From Candidatus Poribacteria bacterium (GTDB taxonomy: Bacteria; Poribacteria; WGA-4E; WGA-3G): a stretch of 64,000 nucleotides of DNA. The translations under genes were made by a program, and so were the position numbers. Positions 29,057 through 39,761 of this stretch are shown in pieces (within the stretch, counting starts at the first letter, position 1; the number at the start of each line of letters is the position of its first letter). The notes beneath the pieces are model-generated. The model made no database searches, was not told where the DNA came from, and saw nothing but the letters and a program-made list of their open reading frames with translations. Location of the stretch: the NCBI GenBank assembly GCA_965247285.1, contig CBDFHD010000002.1:1139772-1203771 (forward strand), written 5' to 3'.

Positions 29057-31390
29057 CTACCGAGAGCGCCCTTTGGGAATGCGTGGTGAGCGTTGATTAC
29101 GGAGGTCGCGAGAATTATCCCGTTGGTCATACCGACCTCCACGCCGTTCGCGTGTGTCATTAGAGCGTCTTTCACCACCACGGGACTCACGAGAATCTCG
29201 ATTATCACGGTAGTTAGGGCGTCCGGAATCACGGGGTTCTCTGGAAGCATTCCAATCGGGTGAGGCTTCGCGATCCTCATTTGATTCAACAGTCAGTTCT
29301 GCAACAGGCACGTCCCCTACAGCAACAAGTGTTAGATCTACGCGATCCTGTTCGTCAATAGTGAGAACGCGGACGGTAACCTCGTCACCAACCTGCATAA
29401 CATCCTCGGCACGACGGACATACCCATCACCCATCTGTGAAATATGAACAAGTCCATCCTTGTTCGGCAAGATTTCCACAAATGCTCCAAAAGGTGCTGT
29501 TCGGACCACTTTCCCGGTGTATTCTTTTTCAATCTCAGGCATAGCGGTGATTGCTCGAATTTTCTCTTCTGCGCGTTTGACATTCTCAGCACTTGTCGCG
29601 GCAATTTCGACAGTCCCATCATCTTCGATATTGATGGTCGTGCTTGTTTCTTCCTGGATGCCCTGCACAGTTTTACCACGCGGACCGATGAGGTCTTTGA
29701 TTTTCTGCGTCGCAATTTGAAGGGAATAAATTCGAGGAGCGTAGGGTGACAATTCCGCACGCGGTTCAGCTATCACAGCGTTCATCTGTTCGATGACGGC
29801 AAGGCGTGCTTCTCTTGCCTGATGAATTGCCCGACGCATCAACTCAGGCGTGACACCTTCAATCTTGATGTCCATCTGTACGGCGGTGACACCTTCACTG
29901 GTTCCGGCTACTTTGAAGTCCATGTCGCCGAGAAAATCTTCAGTTCCGAGCATATCAGTAAGGATGGCTTCCTGTTCGCCTTCCTTGATAAGACCGACAC
30001 CGATCCCCGCGACGGGTCTTTTAATTGGCACGCCTGCATCTAACAGTGCGAGTGTTGCACCGCAGACGGTTGCCATTGAAGATGAGGCATTAGATTCCAA
30101 AATCTCGGAGACGATCCGAATGGTGTAATGAAATTCTTCTTTACTCGGGATGACCGATTCAAGTGCCTTTTGCGCGAGTGACCCGTGCCCGATTTCCCGG
30201 CGTCCGGGTCCCATCATGCGTTTGACTTCACCGGTACTGAATGGCGGGAAGTTATAATGTAAATAGAAGGCGCGTCTTGCTTCGCCATCAAGTCCGCGTT
30301 GTACGTCTTCATCGCCGGATGTACCGAGTGTTGTCACACAGAGTGCCTGTGTCTGTCCTCTGCTAAAGAGAGCGGAGCCATGGGTGTGCGGGAGCAACGC
30401 CACTTCTCCTGAAATCGAGCGAATGTCGGTTAGACCGCGACCATCAACGCGTTTCCCCTCGGAGAGAATCGCTTCACGCATCTCTTCTTTCTCGATTTCA
30501 CTTAAGATGGAGATGGTATCTTTTGTTGCATTCGGATCGGTTTCCTCAAGTGTATCCTCAAGCATTTCTGAGAGGACCGCTTCCTGCACCTCTCCGAGAT
30601 AATCCTCACGCAACTTCTTGTCTGCCATCCCGATAGATTCTCGAATGCGGGAAGTGGCGAGATCCCGGACACGGCTACTGAGATTAGACGCAACACTTTT
30701 AGAGGCATAGTCGCGTTTTGTGTTACTGCAACCTGCGGCTAACCCTTCTTGAAGTTTGATGACCTCTTGTATCTGCGCGTGGGCGGCGATAATTGTGTCA
30801 ATGACTTCATCTTCAGGAATTTCATGTCCACCGCCTTCAACAGACATAACAGCATCTGCCTTGCCACTTACGAACAATTCCATACTTGAGGCATGCAATT
30901 CTTCGTAAGTAGGATTAATGATTAACCTGTCTTCAACTTTTCCGACGGTGACAGCAGCGACAGGTCCGTTAAAGGGTATATCGGAAATCGCTAATGCTGC
31001 AGAAGTCCCGATAAGGGCGGGAACGTCCGCGGGATGAATACCATCCGATGAAAACACGTTACATAAAACCTGTACCTCAGCCTTGAAGTCCTTCGGAAAA
31101 AGAGGGCGAATGCAGTGGTCAATTAAACGAGCTACCAACTGCTCTGATGTCCCTGGACGCGGCTCGCGCCTACCATAAACTGTCGGTATTCGCCCACCGG
31201 CGTATGCCCTTTCACGATAATCTACTGTTAACGGAAAGAAATCGAGATCATGTTCACTATCATCGGCTACCACCGTGACTAAAACAACCGTTCCACCGTA
31301 TTGCACCCAAACGGCACCATCTGCCTGTTTCGCGACTTTACCGGTTTCAATTGATAACTTCTCGCTCCCAAGTTGCATTTCAACTTTCAT
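29057..31390 (-). CDS. pnp: polynucleotide phosphorylase with Arg/Asp/Ser-rich C-terminal extension
   Basis: 777 aa. Two RNase PH domains, KH and S1. Roughly 80 extra C-terminal residues rich in R, D, S and E. Confidence 0.9.
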   Translation of the reverse strand: MKVEMQLGSEKLSIETGKVAKQADGAVWVQYGGTVVLVTVVADDSEHDLDFFPLTVDYRERAYAGGRIPTVYGRREPRPGTSEQLVARLIDHCIRPLFPKDFKAEVQVLCNVFSSDGIHPADVPALIGTSAALAISDIPFNGPVAAVTVGKVEDRLIINPTYEELHASSMELFVSGKADAVMSVEGGGHEIPEDEVIDTIIAAHAQIQEVIKLQEGLAAGCSNTKRDYASKSVASNLSSRVRDLATSRIRESIGMADKKLREDYLGEVQEAVLSEMLEDTLEETDPNATKDTISILSEIEKEEMREAILSEGKRVDGRGLTDIRSISGEVALLPHTHGSALFSRGQTQALCVTTLGTSGDEDVQRGLDGEARRAFYLHYNFPPFSTGEVKRMMGPGRREIGHGSLAQKALESVIPSKEEFHYTIRIVSEILESNASSSMATVCGATLALLDAGVPIKRPVAGIGVGLIKEGEQEAILTDMLGTEDFLGDMDFKVAGTSEGVTAVQMDIKIEGVTPELMRRAIHQAREARLAVIEQMNAVIAEPRAELSPYAPRIYSLQIATQKIKDLIGPRGKTVQGIQEETSTTINIEDDGTVEIAATSAENVKRAEEKIRAITAMPEIEKEYTGKVVRTAPFGAFVEILPNKDGLVHISQMGDGYVRRAEDVMQVGDEVTVRVLTIDEQDRVDLTLVAVGDVPVAELTVESNEDREASPDWNASREPRDSGRPNYRDNRDSRESRGGERRSNDTRERRGGRYDQRDNSRDLRNQRSPRIPKGRSR

Positions 31391-31604
31391 TCTATGTACT
31401 ACTCCTGTATTTCCTATTTATTTCGTTGTGCCACCAAGTAAGACAGTCAAAAGGGGTTAAAGAACAGTCCTCATCCGAAAAATGTCTCGTCGATTTGCGT
31501 ACAATGCATTCGGACAAAGTCTCACGGCATTTACCGCAAGATAAGACTCATTCGTTTCCCGCTTGGCACCAAGGCGACAAACTCGCCCAGAACCTATATA
31601 AAAT
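31391..31604 (-). promoter_or_regulatory. rpsO-pnp intercistronic leader with hairpins (rpsO terminator / pnp autoregulatory leader region)
   Basis: About 215-nt untranslated spacer. Inverted repeats GGCGAgtttgTCGCC and CGCTTGG..CCAAGGCG. By analogy to the E. coli pnp leader. Confidence 0.4.
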
Positions 31605-31895
31605 CTAACCACTCCTCGTTCCAATAGTGTCACGCATTCCAAGTTCATTAATTAAACGGTAATAGCGCGTAGCGTCTTTCTTGTAAAGATACCGTAACAA
31701 GCGGCGCTGCTTGCCAACTAATCGGTAAAGTCCATAGCGCGAATGATGGTCCTTTCGGTGCGTCCGAAAATGCTCAGTCAACTCTTGAATACGCGCATTG
31801 AAAATTGCCACTTGAGCCTCCGGGGAACCAGTGTCTTGTTCGTGTATCTGGTGCTGTTGGATCACTTCCTTCTTCTTTGCTGCATCAATTGCCAA
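31605..31895 (-). CDS. rpsO: 30S ribosomal protein S15
   Basis: 96 aa. S15 signature (TGSPEAQVAIFNARIQELTEHFRTHRKDHHSRYGL). Confidence 0.9.
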   Translation of the reverse strand: MAIDAAKKKEVIQQHQIHEQDTGSPEAQVAIFNARIQELTEHFRTHRKDHHSRYGLYRLVGKQRRLLRYLYKKDATRYYRLINELGMRDTIGTRSG

Positions 31896-32161
31896 TTACG
31901 TTCACCTCCTTTTGGCAGAACAACTAACTTTGTAATAGCAAGTTTAGGGACTTGCAAAATCCACATAGAGTTATCTCGTAAAGGTAATTCTACGAACCAT
32001 CAGTGCTTTGTAAAACATTATATGGAATAAAAACTAAATCGTATTCGGGAGATCGCTCCCTTGTTTACCTACATTTGATACATATATAATATCACAAATC
32101 AACCCAAAATTCAAATTAAACTCACAATCCCACGGCAGCGCCTAAGTTTAAGCAGCATCAC

Positions 32162-33154
32162 TTATGAGGAGGTAGGCGATGCGAGAATTTCCCTCGCTGT
32201 TGCGATGTCGCGATGTATTTGTTGAATCAGGAACTCTGGATTTGGGAATTTCCGTTCATTTCTAATCTTCTCTACGAAGAATATTTCCACAGGTTTACCG
32301 TAGATGACTTCATTAAAATTGAAGAAGTGTCCCTCCACCTGAATATTGACACCGTTAAACGTAGGACGCATTCCGATGTTCAATACCCCGTCTAACCACC
32401 GTTCCTCTAACTTTGCCCGGATGGCATAAACACCATTAGGGGGGCAGACTTGATTCTGGGTCTCTATATTCGCGGTAGGAAACCCAATTTCCCTCCCACG
32501 GCCATCACCATGAACGACATTGCCGATCAAGGAATAGGGACGTCCCAATAACTGTGAACTCCGCTTAAGATCGCCTTGCGCGAGTGCCTCTCGGATACGA
32601 GTGCTATGGACTGGCGCGCCATCTACCTCTGTAGGTGGAACAATAGAAACATCAAACGCATATCCTTGGCTAAGCTCCACCAATCGTTCTGCATTACCTG
32701 CACGATTTTTTCCAAATTGGCAAGCATACCCCACAACGACGTGCCTCGCTCGACATTTCTCTAAGAGTACACATTCTACAAAGGATTCAGGAGACATTGA
32801 TGCAATCTGTGCGTCAAAACTGAGCATGACAATTTCATCAATGCCAAATTGTTGAAGTATTTCGACACGCTTGGAGAGAGGGGTTAGGATAGGTGGACAT
32901 CGTTCTGGGGCAAGGAAAGCAAGTGGATGCGGGTAAAAACCGACCAATACACTCATCAAGTTACCATGCGCAGCGCGTTTAAGAAGTGTGTTAATAACCG
33001 CTTGGTGTCCAACATGGATACCATCAAACACGCCAAAAGTGACAGCAGTCTCCCTGCCAAATTCAAATATGTCGTTTAGACTATAGCGTGTGGTTGCGAC
33101 CTGTAGATCGTTCCCACTGCAGGCGTTTTCCACGTCGCTCAATCCTTCTGGCAA
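32162..33154 (-). CDS. ribF: bifunctional riboflavin kinase / FMN adenylyltransferase
   Basis: FAD-synthetase N-domain (FGVFDGIHVGHQAV) and riboflavin-kinase C-domain (GFPTANI...). The 5' end is uncertain and overlaps the upstream gene. Confidence 0.85.
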   Translation of the reverse strand: MPEGLSDVENACSGNDLQVATTRYSLNDIFEFGRETAVTFGVFDGIHVGHQAVINTLLKRAAHGNLMSVLVGFYPHPLAFLAPERCPPILTPLSKRVEILQQFGIDEIVMLSFDAQIASMSPESFVECVLLEKCRARHVVVGYACQFGKNRAGNAERLVELSQGYAFDVSIVPPTEVDGAPVHSTRIREALAQGDLKRSSQLLGRPYSLIGNVVHGDGRGREIGFPTANIETQNQVCPPNGVYAIRAKLEERWLDGVLNIGMRPTFNGVNIQVEGHFFNFNEVIYGKPVEIFFVEKIRNERKFPNPEFLIQQIHRDIATAREILASPTSS

Positions 33155-34155
33155 TCACCATATCTCATGTGCCCCGGATCAGTGTGGCGTTGTGAAGCTT
33201 GAACAAGGGCAGCAATGGCTAATGGATAGGGCATGGCAATCCGACATCCTGCGGCGCGGACGTGTCCTCCCCCTTGAAACTCTGCGGCAAGTTGACTAAC
33301 ATCAACGTATCCTTGACTCCGCAGACTCACTTTTGTACTTCGATCCGCCATCTCAGACACACAGAGTGCTACCTCAACACCCGCTATTGCTTGAATCTGA
33401 TTCACAACCCCTTCCACCGCATCAGCAGTCATTCCAGCTTTGCGAAACATCGCCTGTGTTGCATACACCGATGCTGTTTTTCCATCATCTGTTATTTGCA
33501 ATGTGCTGAGGACTTCACTCAATAGGCGTATCTTAGCAACAGGAACCTGTTCATAGACATTCCGATAAACTTCATCTGGGGTGAATCCGCCAATCTCAAT
33601 TAATTCTGCGGCGATTCGATGCGTCTCGGCTGTGGTATTACTATGCCGAAAACAGCCGGTATCAAACATCAGTCCTGTATAGAGACAAAGTGCACATGCT
33701 TCACCTATTGGGAATTGATGATGTTTAATGAGTTTGTAAACAATCTCTGAAGTGGAAGAGGCTGTAGGTATAATGAGATTGATGTCGCCGAACGCCTCTG
33801 CAGTGGCGTGATGGTCAATGTTAACGAGGCTGTATATAGGATGCAAGGTTTTGGAAAGCCTCTTTCCAATTCGCTCCAGCGTACTTGCGTCCAAAACAAT
33901 CAACACCTCAGGACAATATGTCCCGATGGAATGCGTGCTCTCAATACTATCCCAAGCTGGTAGAAATCGATAGTTAGGGGGTACTATATCCGTGTTAAAT
34001 ATTTTAACAGATTTCCCGAGCTTCGTGAGAAAGAGGTAAAGCCCCAATTCGGAACCGATTGCATCACCATCAGGATTAATGTGCGTTGAAAGCGCGAAGT
34101 TATGGTATCGGTCAAATAGGGTAAGGAGTGCGTCGTAGTCGTGCGTATTAGCCAT
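33139..34155 (-). CDS. nrnA: DHH/DHHA1 phosphoesterase (NrnA-like oligoribonuclease / pAp phosphatase)
   Basis: DHH motifs (HINPDGDAIGSELG, NIDHHATA) and DHHA1 GGGH (FQGGGHVRAAG). Start chosen at MANTHDYDALL. Confidence 0.7.
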   Translation of the reverse strand: MANTHDYDALLTLFDRYHNFALSTHINPDGDAIGSELGLYLFLTKLGKSVKIFNTDIVPPNYRFLPAWDSIESTHSIGTYCPEVLIVLDASTLERIGKRLSKTLHPIYSLVNIDHHATAEAFGDINLIIPTASSTSEIVYKLIKHHQFPIGEACALCLYTGLMFDTGCFRHSNTTAETHRIAAELIEIGGFTPDEVYRNVYEQVPVAKIRLLSEVLSTLQITDDGKTASVYATQAMFRKAGMTADAVEGVVNQIQAIAGVEVALCVSEMADRSTKVSLRSQGYVDVSQLAAEFQGGGHVRAAGCRIAMPYPLAIAALVQASQRHTDPGHMRYGDCQKD

Positions 34156-34564
34156 CTGTAGGGTGTTCATGAAGTGTCTGCTCGTGGTCTTGGTCTTCTG
34201 TCGTTTCGTCTTCGGTTGTATCGGTTGTAACAGACTTGAGGAGTCCATCTATTTTGAAGAGATAGTCAGCGGATTCATCTATAGCGAACCGAAGCTCCGG
34301 CGAATAGCGAAGCGTCAGACGATTCCCGATCTCGCGCCTAAGGAAGCCCGCTGCGCTCTTTAAACCCGCGAGTGTTTTGCTTTTCTGCTCCTCATCGCCG
34401 ATAACGCTCACCTTCACATCCACATACTTTAGATCTGGCGACACGGATGCCTGTGTGACAGCACAAAACGCAACGCGCGGATCCTTGACAGAACGTTGGA
34501 TAATCTCGCTTAACTCTCGCTGAATGAGGGCTCCTACCCGATCTTGCCTTCTATTATCTACCAT
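34148..34564 (-). CDS. rbfA: ribosome-binding factor A
   Basis: 138 aa. RbfA family (RVGALIQRELSEII...DPRVAFCAVTQASVSPDLKYVDVKVSV). Confidence 0.85.
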   Translation of the reverse strand: MVDNRRQDRVGALIQRELSEIIQRSVKDPRVAFCAVTQASVSPDLKYVDVKVSVIGDEEQKSKTLAGLKSAAGFLRREIGNRLTLRYSPELRFAIDESADYLFKIDGLLKSVTTDTTEDETTEDQDHEQTLHEHPTDG

Positions 34565-34607
34565 GTCAATCCTTCCTCTTGCAGCAAGTTTTGGCTTGCA
34601 AACTTCA

Positions 34608-34892
34608 TTAAAAGAAAAATTCCGTTTCGTAATCCACTAATTCAGCATCTACATGCGCCTCAACAAAAGTGATGAGATGTGAAATAACCTTATTCAGATG
34701 TACAACATCGTTGGAAACTGAAACGGCAGCTAATATGGCGAACTGATGTGCCTCCAACGCCTCAACTTCAGCAATAGCAACGTTGAAGCGGTTTTTGAGT
34801 CTCGCGATGAGGCTTTTGATAACCCGACGTTTCGCTTTCAGCGAGTGACTTTCCGGAATTCGGAGATGGATCTTACAAACACCGATGTGCAT
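34608..34892 (-). CDS. DUF503 (YlxP-like) protein
   Basis: About 94 aa from MHIGVCKIHLRIPESHSLKAKRRV. This family typically sits between infB and rbfA. Confidence 0.65.
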   Translation of the reverse strand: MHIGVCKIHLRIPESHSLKAKRRVIKSLIARLKNRFNVAIAEVEALEAHQFAILAAVSVSNDVVHLNKVISHLITFVEAHVDAELVDYETEFFF

Positions 34893-34970
34893 GAAAGTAT
34901 CAGTCAACTGTAGGTGCGATTGACCACCGCACCGCTTATGAAAATACGCAACTATACGCACAAAACCAAT

Positions 34971-37025
34971 TTATGAAAGTGAGCGCGCTATATGTTCGTG
35001 AACATAACATTCAAGGACATCACCGACCTTCAAATCATCGAACGTCTCAATTCCTATTCCACATTCGTAGTTCGCTTGCACCTCATTGACATTATCCTTG
35101 AACCGGCGAAGCGAATTGACTTTACCCTCGTGAATCAATCGATTGTCGCGAAGGATACGAAGGGGTTGGCTGAAGGAAATTCGCCCCCAATTGACGTAAC
35201 TACCGGCAACCAAACCGCGGCGTGGCACCTTAAATAATTCACGGACCTCAGCACGCCCGATAACGACTTCTCGCACCTCAGGATCAAGCAAGCCTTCCAT
35301 AGCCGAATGGATATAGGAGATGAGATTATAAATGACGTTGTAGGTCCGAACATCAATTCCCTCAGTCTCTTTAGCCTGTACTGCCTCGGTCGTAGGATGA
35401 ACATTGAAACCGACGACAATTGCATCAGAAGCAGAGGCGAGCAAAATATCGGTTTCGGTGATCCCTCCGACCGCTTGATGAATAATATTGATCTTAACCT
35501 CATCGGCACTCAATTCGAGCAGTGATGAGGCGACGGCTTGTACGGAACCTTGCACATCGCCTTTAAGAACAACGTTTAATTCTTTAATCTCGCCTTCCTG
35601 AATTTGTTGGAATAGGTTATCCAAACTGACGTGGCTATTTGCCCCGAGTTTTTCATTGCGATACCGGTCCTGACGGGTTTCACTGATAGTACGTGCGTCT
35701 TTATCGAATTCAACGACATAGAATTTGTCGCCTGCTTCTGGTACGCCGGTGAAACCGAGTACCTCAACAGGGCATGAAGGACCAATTTCTTTCATCCGTT
35801 TCCCGAAATTGTCCATCATTGCTCTAACTTTTCCGGAGTACCTACCTGAAACAAAAACATCACCAACCCTCAATGTACCAGACTGTACGAGAACGGTTGC
35901 GATGGCACCGCGTCCCTTGTCAACCTGTGCTTCAATAACAACACCACGTGCTGCCTTATTTGGGTTTGCTTTGAGCTCAAGTAGAGCAGCTTCCAAAAGG
36001 AGCATTTCAAGCAAAAAGTCAATCCCAGTTCCATCTATCGCGGAAGTTTCAACACAAATTGTTTGTCCACCCCAGTCCTCTGGTAGGAGTTCCTGGGTAG
36101 CCAATTGTTGTTTAACGTAGTCTACACGTGCCCCAGGCATATCTATTTTATTAATTGCGACTACAATTGGAACCTTCGCGGCTCTTGCGTGATTGATCGC
36201 CTCAATTGTCTGAGGCATGACTCCGTCGTCAGCTGCGACAATAAGAACGACAATATCGGTCACTTGTGCGCCGCGTGCTCGCATCGCGGTAAAAGCGGCG
36301 TGCCCCGGCGTATCTAAGAAAACGATGCTCCCACCTTTTAATTTTACGTGATAAGCTCCAATATGTTGTGTTATGTTACCCGCCTCAGATTCACTGATAT
36401 TTGATTGACGAATAGAGTCTAAAAGAGATGTTTTGCCATGATCAACATGTCCCATGATTGTGACCACCGGAGCTCGAGGTTGTAAAGATGCTGGGTCATC
36501 AGGTATCTCGGTCAACAGTTCATCTTCAAGCGTTCTTAGCTTAACCGCCTCAAAATTCAGGGACTCCCCAAGCATCACAAGCGTATCGTAATCAAGCCGC
36601 TGATTTATGCTCGCCATCACCTTTAACTTCATGAGACGCATAATCAACGCTGAAGGTTGCAACTCCAGCGATTTTGCAAGGTCAGCGACAGTGGTACCTT
36701 CTATAACCTGCAAACCATTGGTTGTAGCAGTTTCTTCCGACGCTGAGGCGTTTTCAACAGCATCTTCGGGCGTAGAAACGGTTTTCTCCACCGGTTCGCC
36801 AGCCAATTCTGATTCAATAAGCGCGATGGTGTCCGGATCGAGGGCACTCATCCCGCTTTTAACGCGAACGCCACGCGCTTCAAGTAGAGCAATAAGCTCC
36901 TTGTTTGTTAGGTTGTATTGTGTCGCCAATTCATAAACTCGCACACCAGAGACTTGACTTTTCTCTTGACTACCCTTGGCGGACTTCCTCTGCCGTCGTT
37001 GTGGCTGTCGTCGTGCCCTGTTCAT
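34971..37025 (-). CDS. infB: translation initiation factor IF-2
   Basis: 684 aa. GTPase G1-G4 ([21 protein letters not shown]). Short N-terminal region. Confidence 0.9.
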   Translation of the reverse strand: MNRARRQPQRRQRKSAKGSQEKSQVSGVRVYELATQYNLTNKELIALLEARGVRVKSGMSALDPDTIALIESELAGEPVEKTVSTPEDAVENASASEETATTNGLQVIEGTTVADLAKSLELQPSALIMRLMKLKVMASINQRLDYDTLVMLGESLNFEAVKLRTLEDELLTEIPDDPASLQPRAPVVTIMGHVDHGKTSLLDSIRQSNISESEAGNITQHIGAYHVKLKGGSIVFLDTPGHAAFTAMRARGAQVTDIVVLIVAADDGVMPQTIEAINHARAAKVPIVVAINKIDMPGARVDYVKQQLATQELLPEDWGGQTICVETSAIDGTGIDFLLEMLLLEAALLELKANPNKAARGVVIEAQVDKGRGAIATVLVQSGTLRVGDVFVSGRYSGKVRAMMDNFGKRMKEIGPSCPVEVLGFTGVPEAGDKFYVVEFDKDARTISETRQDRYRNEKLGANSHVSLDNLFQQIQEGEIKELNVVLKGDVQGSVQAVASSLLELSADEVKINIIHQAVGGITETDILLASASDAIVVGFNVHPTTEAVQAKETEGIDVRTYNVIYNLISYIHSAMEGLLDPEVREVVIGRAEVRELFKVPRRGLVAGSYVNWGRISFSQPLRILRDNRLIHEGKVNSLRRFKDNVNEVQANYECGIGIETFDDLKVGDVLECYVHEHIARSLS

Positions 37026-37336
37026 AGTAATTTCTCCTTTTCTTCTTTTCTGCTCGTGGACTCTTGGGTCCTTTGAAGAAGCATCTGTTCAAATTGTGCT
37101 ATATTCTGACTTGCCAGTTGCACACGTAATAAAGAATTAATCCGTTTGGGAGACTTGAACGCTTTCTGGATGCAGTCTTGAGAGAGGCAAACGTAAGCTC
37201 CGCGCCCGCCTAACTTCCTTTGACTGTCAATTTGCAGTTTTCCGTCCCCCTGACACACGAACCGAACCAACACTTTCTGCGGTAATTTCCCACGGCACCC
37301 AATACAAGTGCGAATAACATCTCTCAATGACTCCAC
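37022..37336 (-). CDS. ylxR: YlxR/DUF448 family RNA-binding protein
   Basis: 104 aa. CIGCRGKLPQKVLVRF...GRGAYVC motif. Lies between nusA and infB. Confidence 0.8.
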   Translation of the reverse strand: MESLRDVIRTCIGCRGKLPQKVLVRFVCQGDGKLQIDSQRKLGGRGAYVCLSQDCIQKAFKSPKRINSLLRVQLASQNIAQFEQMLLQRTQESTSRKEEKEKLL

Positions 37337-37342
37337 CCACTT

Positions 37343-38659
37343 TTAAGACTCAGCATCAAAATCATCAAGCTCAGGAGCGACAGATGTCTCCGTCTCGATC
37401 TCCTCGTCGGGACTCTCTGCTCCCTCAGTTTCAACAACATCGGCATCTGAGTCTCCCTCAACATCCTCCGCCAAGTCAACTACTTGTTCAACCTCTGTTG
37501 AATCCGGCACATCGGCAGTCTCCTGTTCTTGCAGACTTTGGTCAGGACTTTCTTCTTGACTGCCTGAGGCTTGCGCATCTGTTTTATCAGAATCTTCCGG
37601 CTTAAAGAGTCCATCCATCGAAACAGGATCCTCAGACTCACCTTTTATGTCAACTTTCCAACCTGTCAATTTCGCCGCGAGTCGCGCATTCTGTCCCCGT
37701 TGTCCAATCGCTAAAGACAGTTGATCGTCCGGAACAATCACAAGAGCACTCCTATCTTCTTCATTGAACTCAACCCTACGTACACCAACTCGTCCCCCCA
37801 GAGCATTCGCAATGAATACATTGGCATCTTCACTCCATTCCAGTAAGTCTATCTTCTCATCATCAAGTTCACTGACGATCGTTTGGACGCGTATCCCTTT
37901 AACACCAACACACGTGCCTACAGCATCAATGCCATCTTCTGTCGCCCTGACGGCAACTTTCGCTCGATTCCCAGGATCACGCGCAACCGCCATAATCTCA
38001 ACCTGACCCTCATAGATTTCAGGAACTTCTTGCTCAAATAACATCGCTACCAGATCTCGATGCGTCCGGGATACAATAACCGGAGCACCGCGCGCCTCAT
38101 TCTTTACCGATAAAATTAGACATTGTAAGCGTTTACCACGCTCATAGTTCTGTGAACGTGGCATCTCACGCGGTGGTAAAAAGGCTTCCGTCTGCTCAAG
38201 ATCCAAAATGACACCACCGCGTTCAAAACGTTGGACATAACCTGTGACAACTTCGCCTTCACGTCCCGCAAACTCTTGATAAATCTTTTCTCGCTCCGCC
38301 TGCTTGATTTTCTGGAAAAGGATTTGCTTCGCCAACTGTGCCGGGACCCGTCCAAACTCGCTGGGGTTGATTTCAACGTCCAGCATCTCCCCAACTTCAA
38401 CGTCCTCTTGAAGTAGCACCGCTTGCTCAATCGGAATCTCTGTCGAGAAATCACGCATAATATTAACGACTTTTTTAGGGACATAACAGCGTATATCACC
38501 TTTCTCCAAATTAATCTCAACAGAAACGTTGGCATCATCACCGTAAACCCGGCGTGCGGCGGCACACAGTGCCTCCTCTATCGCTTCAATGAAAACCTGT
38601 TCAGGTAAATCTGTCTGTGCCGTATTTTGACGTATAGCGTTTTGGAGGTTCTCTAACAT
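37343..38659 (-). CDS. nusA: transcription termination/antitermination factor NusA
   Basis: 438 aa. Has the NusA N-domain, S1, KH1/KH2 and an acidic C-terminal tail. Confidence 0.9.
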   Translation of the reverse strand: MLENLQNAIRQNTAQTDLPEQVFIEAIEEALCAAARRVYGDDANVSVEINLEKGDIRCYVPKKVVNIMRDFSTEIPIEQAVLLQEDVEVGEMLDVEINPSEFGRVPAQLAKQILFQKIKQAEREKIYQEFAGREGEVVTGYVQRFERGGVILDLEQTEAFLPPREMPRSQNYERGKRLQCLILSVKNEARGAPVIVSRTHRDLVAMLFEQEVPEIYEGQVEIMAVARDPGNRAKVAVRATEDGIDAVGTCVGVKGIRVQTIVSELDDEKIDLLEWSEDANVFIANALGGRVGVRRVEFNEEDRSALVIVPDDQLSLAIGQRGQNARLAAKLTGWKVDIKGESEDPVSMDGLFKPEDSDKTDAQASGSQEESPDQSLQEQETADVPDSTEVEQVVDLAEDVEGDSDADVVETEGAESPDEEIETETSVAPELDDFDAES

Positions 38660-38781
38660 AATAATTGATGTCCGCGTGATCTCTTAATTATACAGACTTG
38701 TAGACGTTGTCCTGTATAACAAGCCAGCGTACTCCTTTCCATCTTTTAATATTCGCAGTGTGTGTTTTTGGCACTTGATCG

Positions 38782-39234
38782 CTACCAACTCAGGTGTATA
38801 TGTGCATTGAGAATTTGCGAAATTTTAACGGAGATGTCGTTTCCACCAGTCTGCGCTAAGACGACTTCTCCGTGACGCACCTCCACAACGGTGCCTTGTA
38901 CTTGACGCTTTTGTTCGTTTTTTGGTTCAATTTCTATCCGAACGGTCCGTCCACAATTTCGCTGAAAATCCTTAGAGGTTCGTAAAGGTCTGTCTATGCC
39001 GGGGGAAGCTACTTCCAACTGAGCATAGTTTTCTAAATGCTTATGCACCTCTAAAATCGGACGTACGATCTGGTTCACCGTTTGACAATCTGCCACCGAA
39101 AGCCCATCGGGTTTATGAATGAGGAGTCGCAGCGTTTTTGAATGTGTTTCAACATCCACAAGCTCAATACCGTCACTGTCAAGTATCGGTGCTAACATCT
39201 CAATAATGGAATTTTTCTCGGCTTCTGTCATATC
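38782..39234 (-). CDS. rimP: ribosome maturation factor RimP
   Basis: About 150 aa from MLDMTEAEKNSIIEMLAPIL. RimP family, first gene of the nusA-infB operon. Confidence 0.8.
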   Translation of the reverse strand, partial: DMTEAEKNSIIEMLAPILDSDGIELVDVETHSKTLRLLIHKPDGLSVADCQTVNQIVRPILEVHKHLENYAQLEVASPGIDRPLRTSKDFQRNCGRTVRIEIEPKNEQKRQVQGTVVEVRHGEVVLAQTGGNDISVKISQILNAHIHLSW

Positions 39235-39518
39235 TAACATAATATAAAAATAAAAAAACGCGATACTCCCAATCATAGAGGTTCTTCGCGGTTTATATGA
39301 TGTCGTAGGGCACAGTTGAAAGGAACAGGTAAATCGAGGACGAAGACCTCACTTGCATTCCAAGGACTGCGACTTACGACCACGACCGCTGCCGAAGCAA
39401 CGGGGTATAAATTCTCGCCCACCCACCTCTATTGTTACATAATACCCGTACATAATACCCGTTTCCCTTCTTTTAATCAAGCCAATTAGTCAGTAAGCCT
39501 GAACCGTGAGATCAAAGG

Positions 39519-39713
39519 CTAATGTGTTTCAAAAAATTCAATGACCTCGCCACTGGGTCCTTTGAAAAAAGCGATAGTCACCTTGATATTACCGAGAATT
39601 CTTGGTTCCAACAGCCATGTTAAACCTCCGACCACTTCATCAGTCGTTTCGGCACTACGCGTAAAAAACCCGTCCCTAAAAGCAAGATTCGCAAAGGTTA
39701 TGACATAATTGTA
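39519..39713 (-). pseudogene. 3' fragment of a VOC/glyoxalase-family gene
   Basis: Open frame without a start encodes ...NLAFRDGFFTRSAETTDEVVGGLTWLLEPRILGNIKVTIAFFKGPSGEVIEFFETH*. The N-terminal half of the domain is absent. Confidence 0.4.
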
Positions 39714-39761
39714 TCATATTCTGTACTGGAAGTCAAGTTAAATCCAATCTACCCACACCTG

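Noticed and set aside
31457-31648. 63-aa ORF in the rpsO-pnp leader
   Set aside because: It overlaps the rpsO 3' end and the structured pnp leader. No support.
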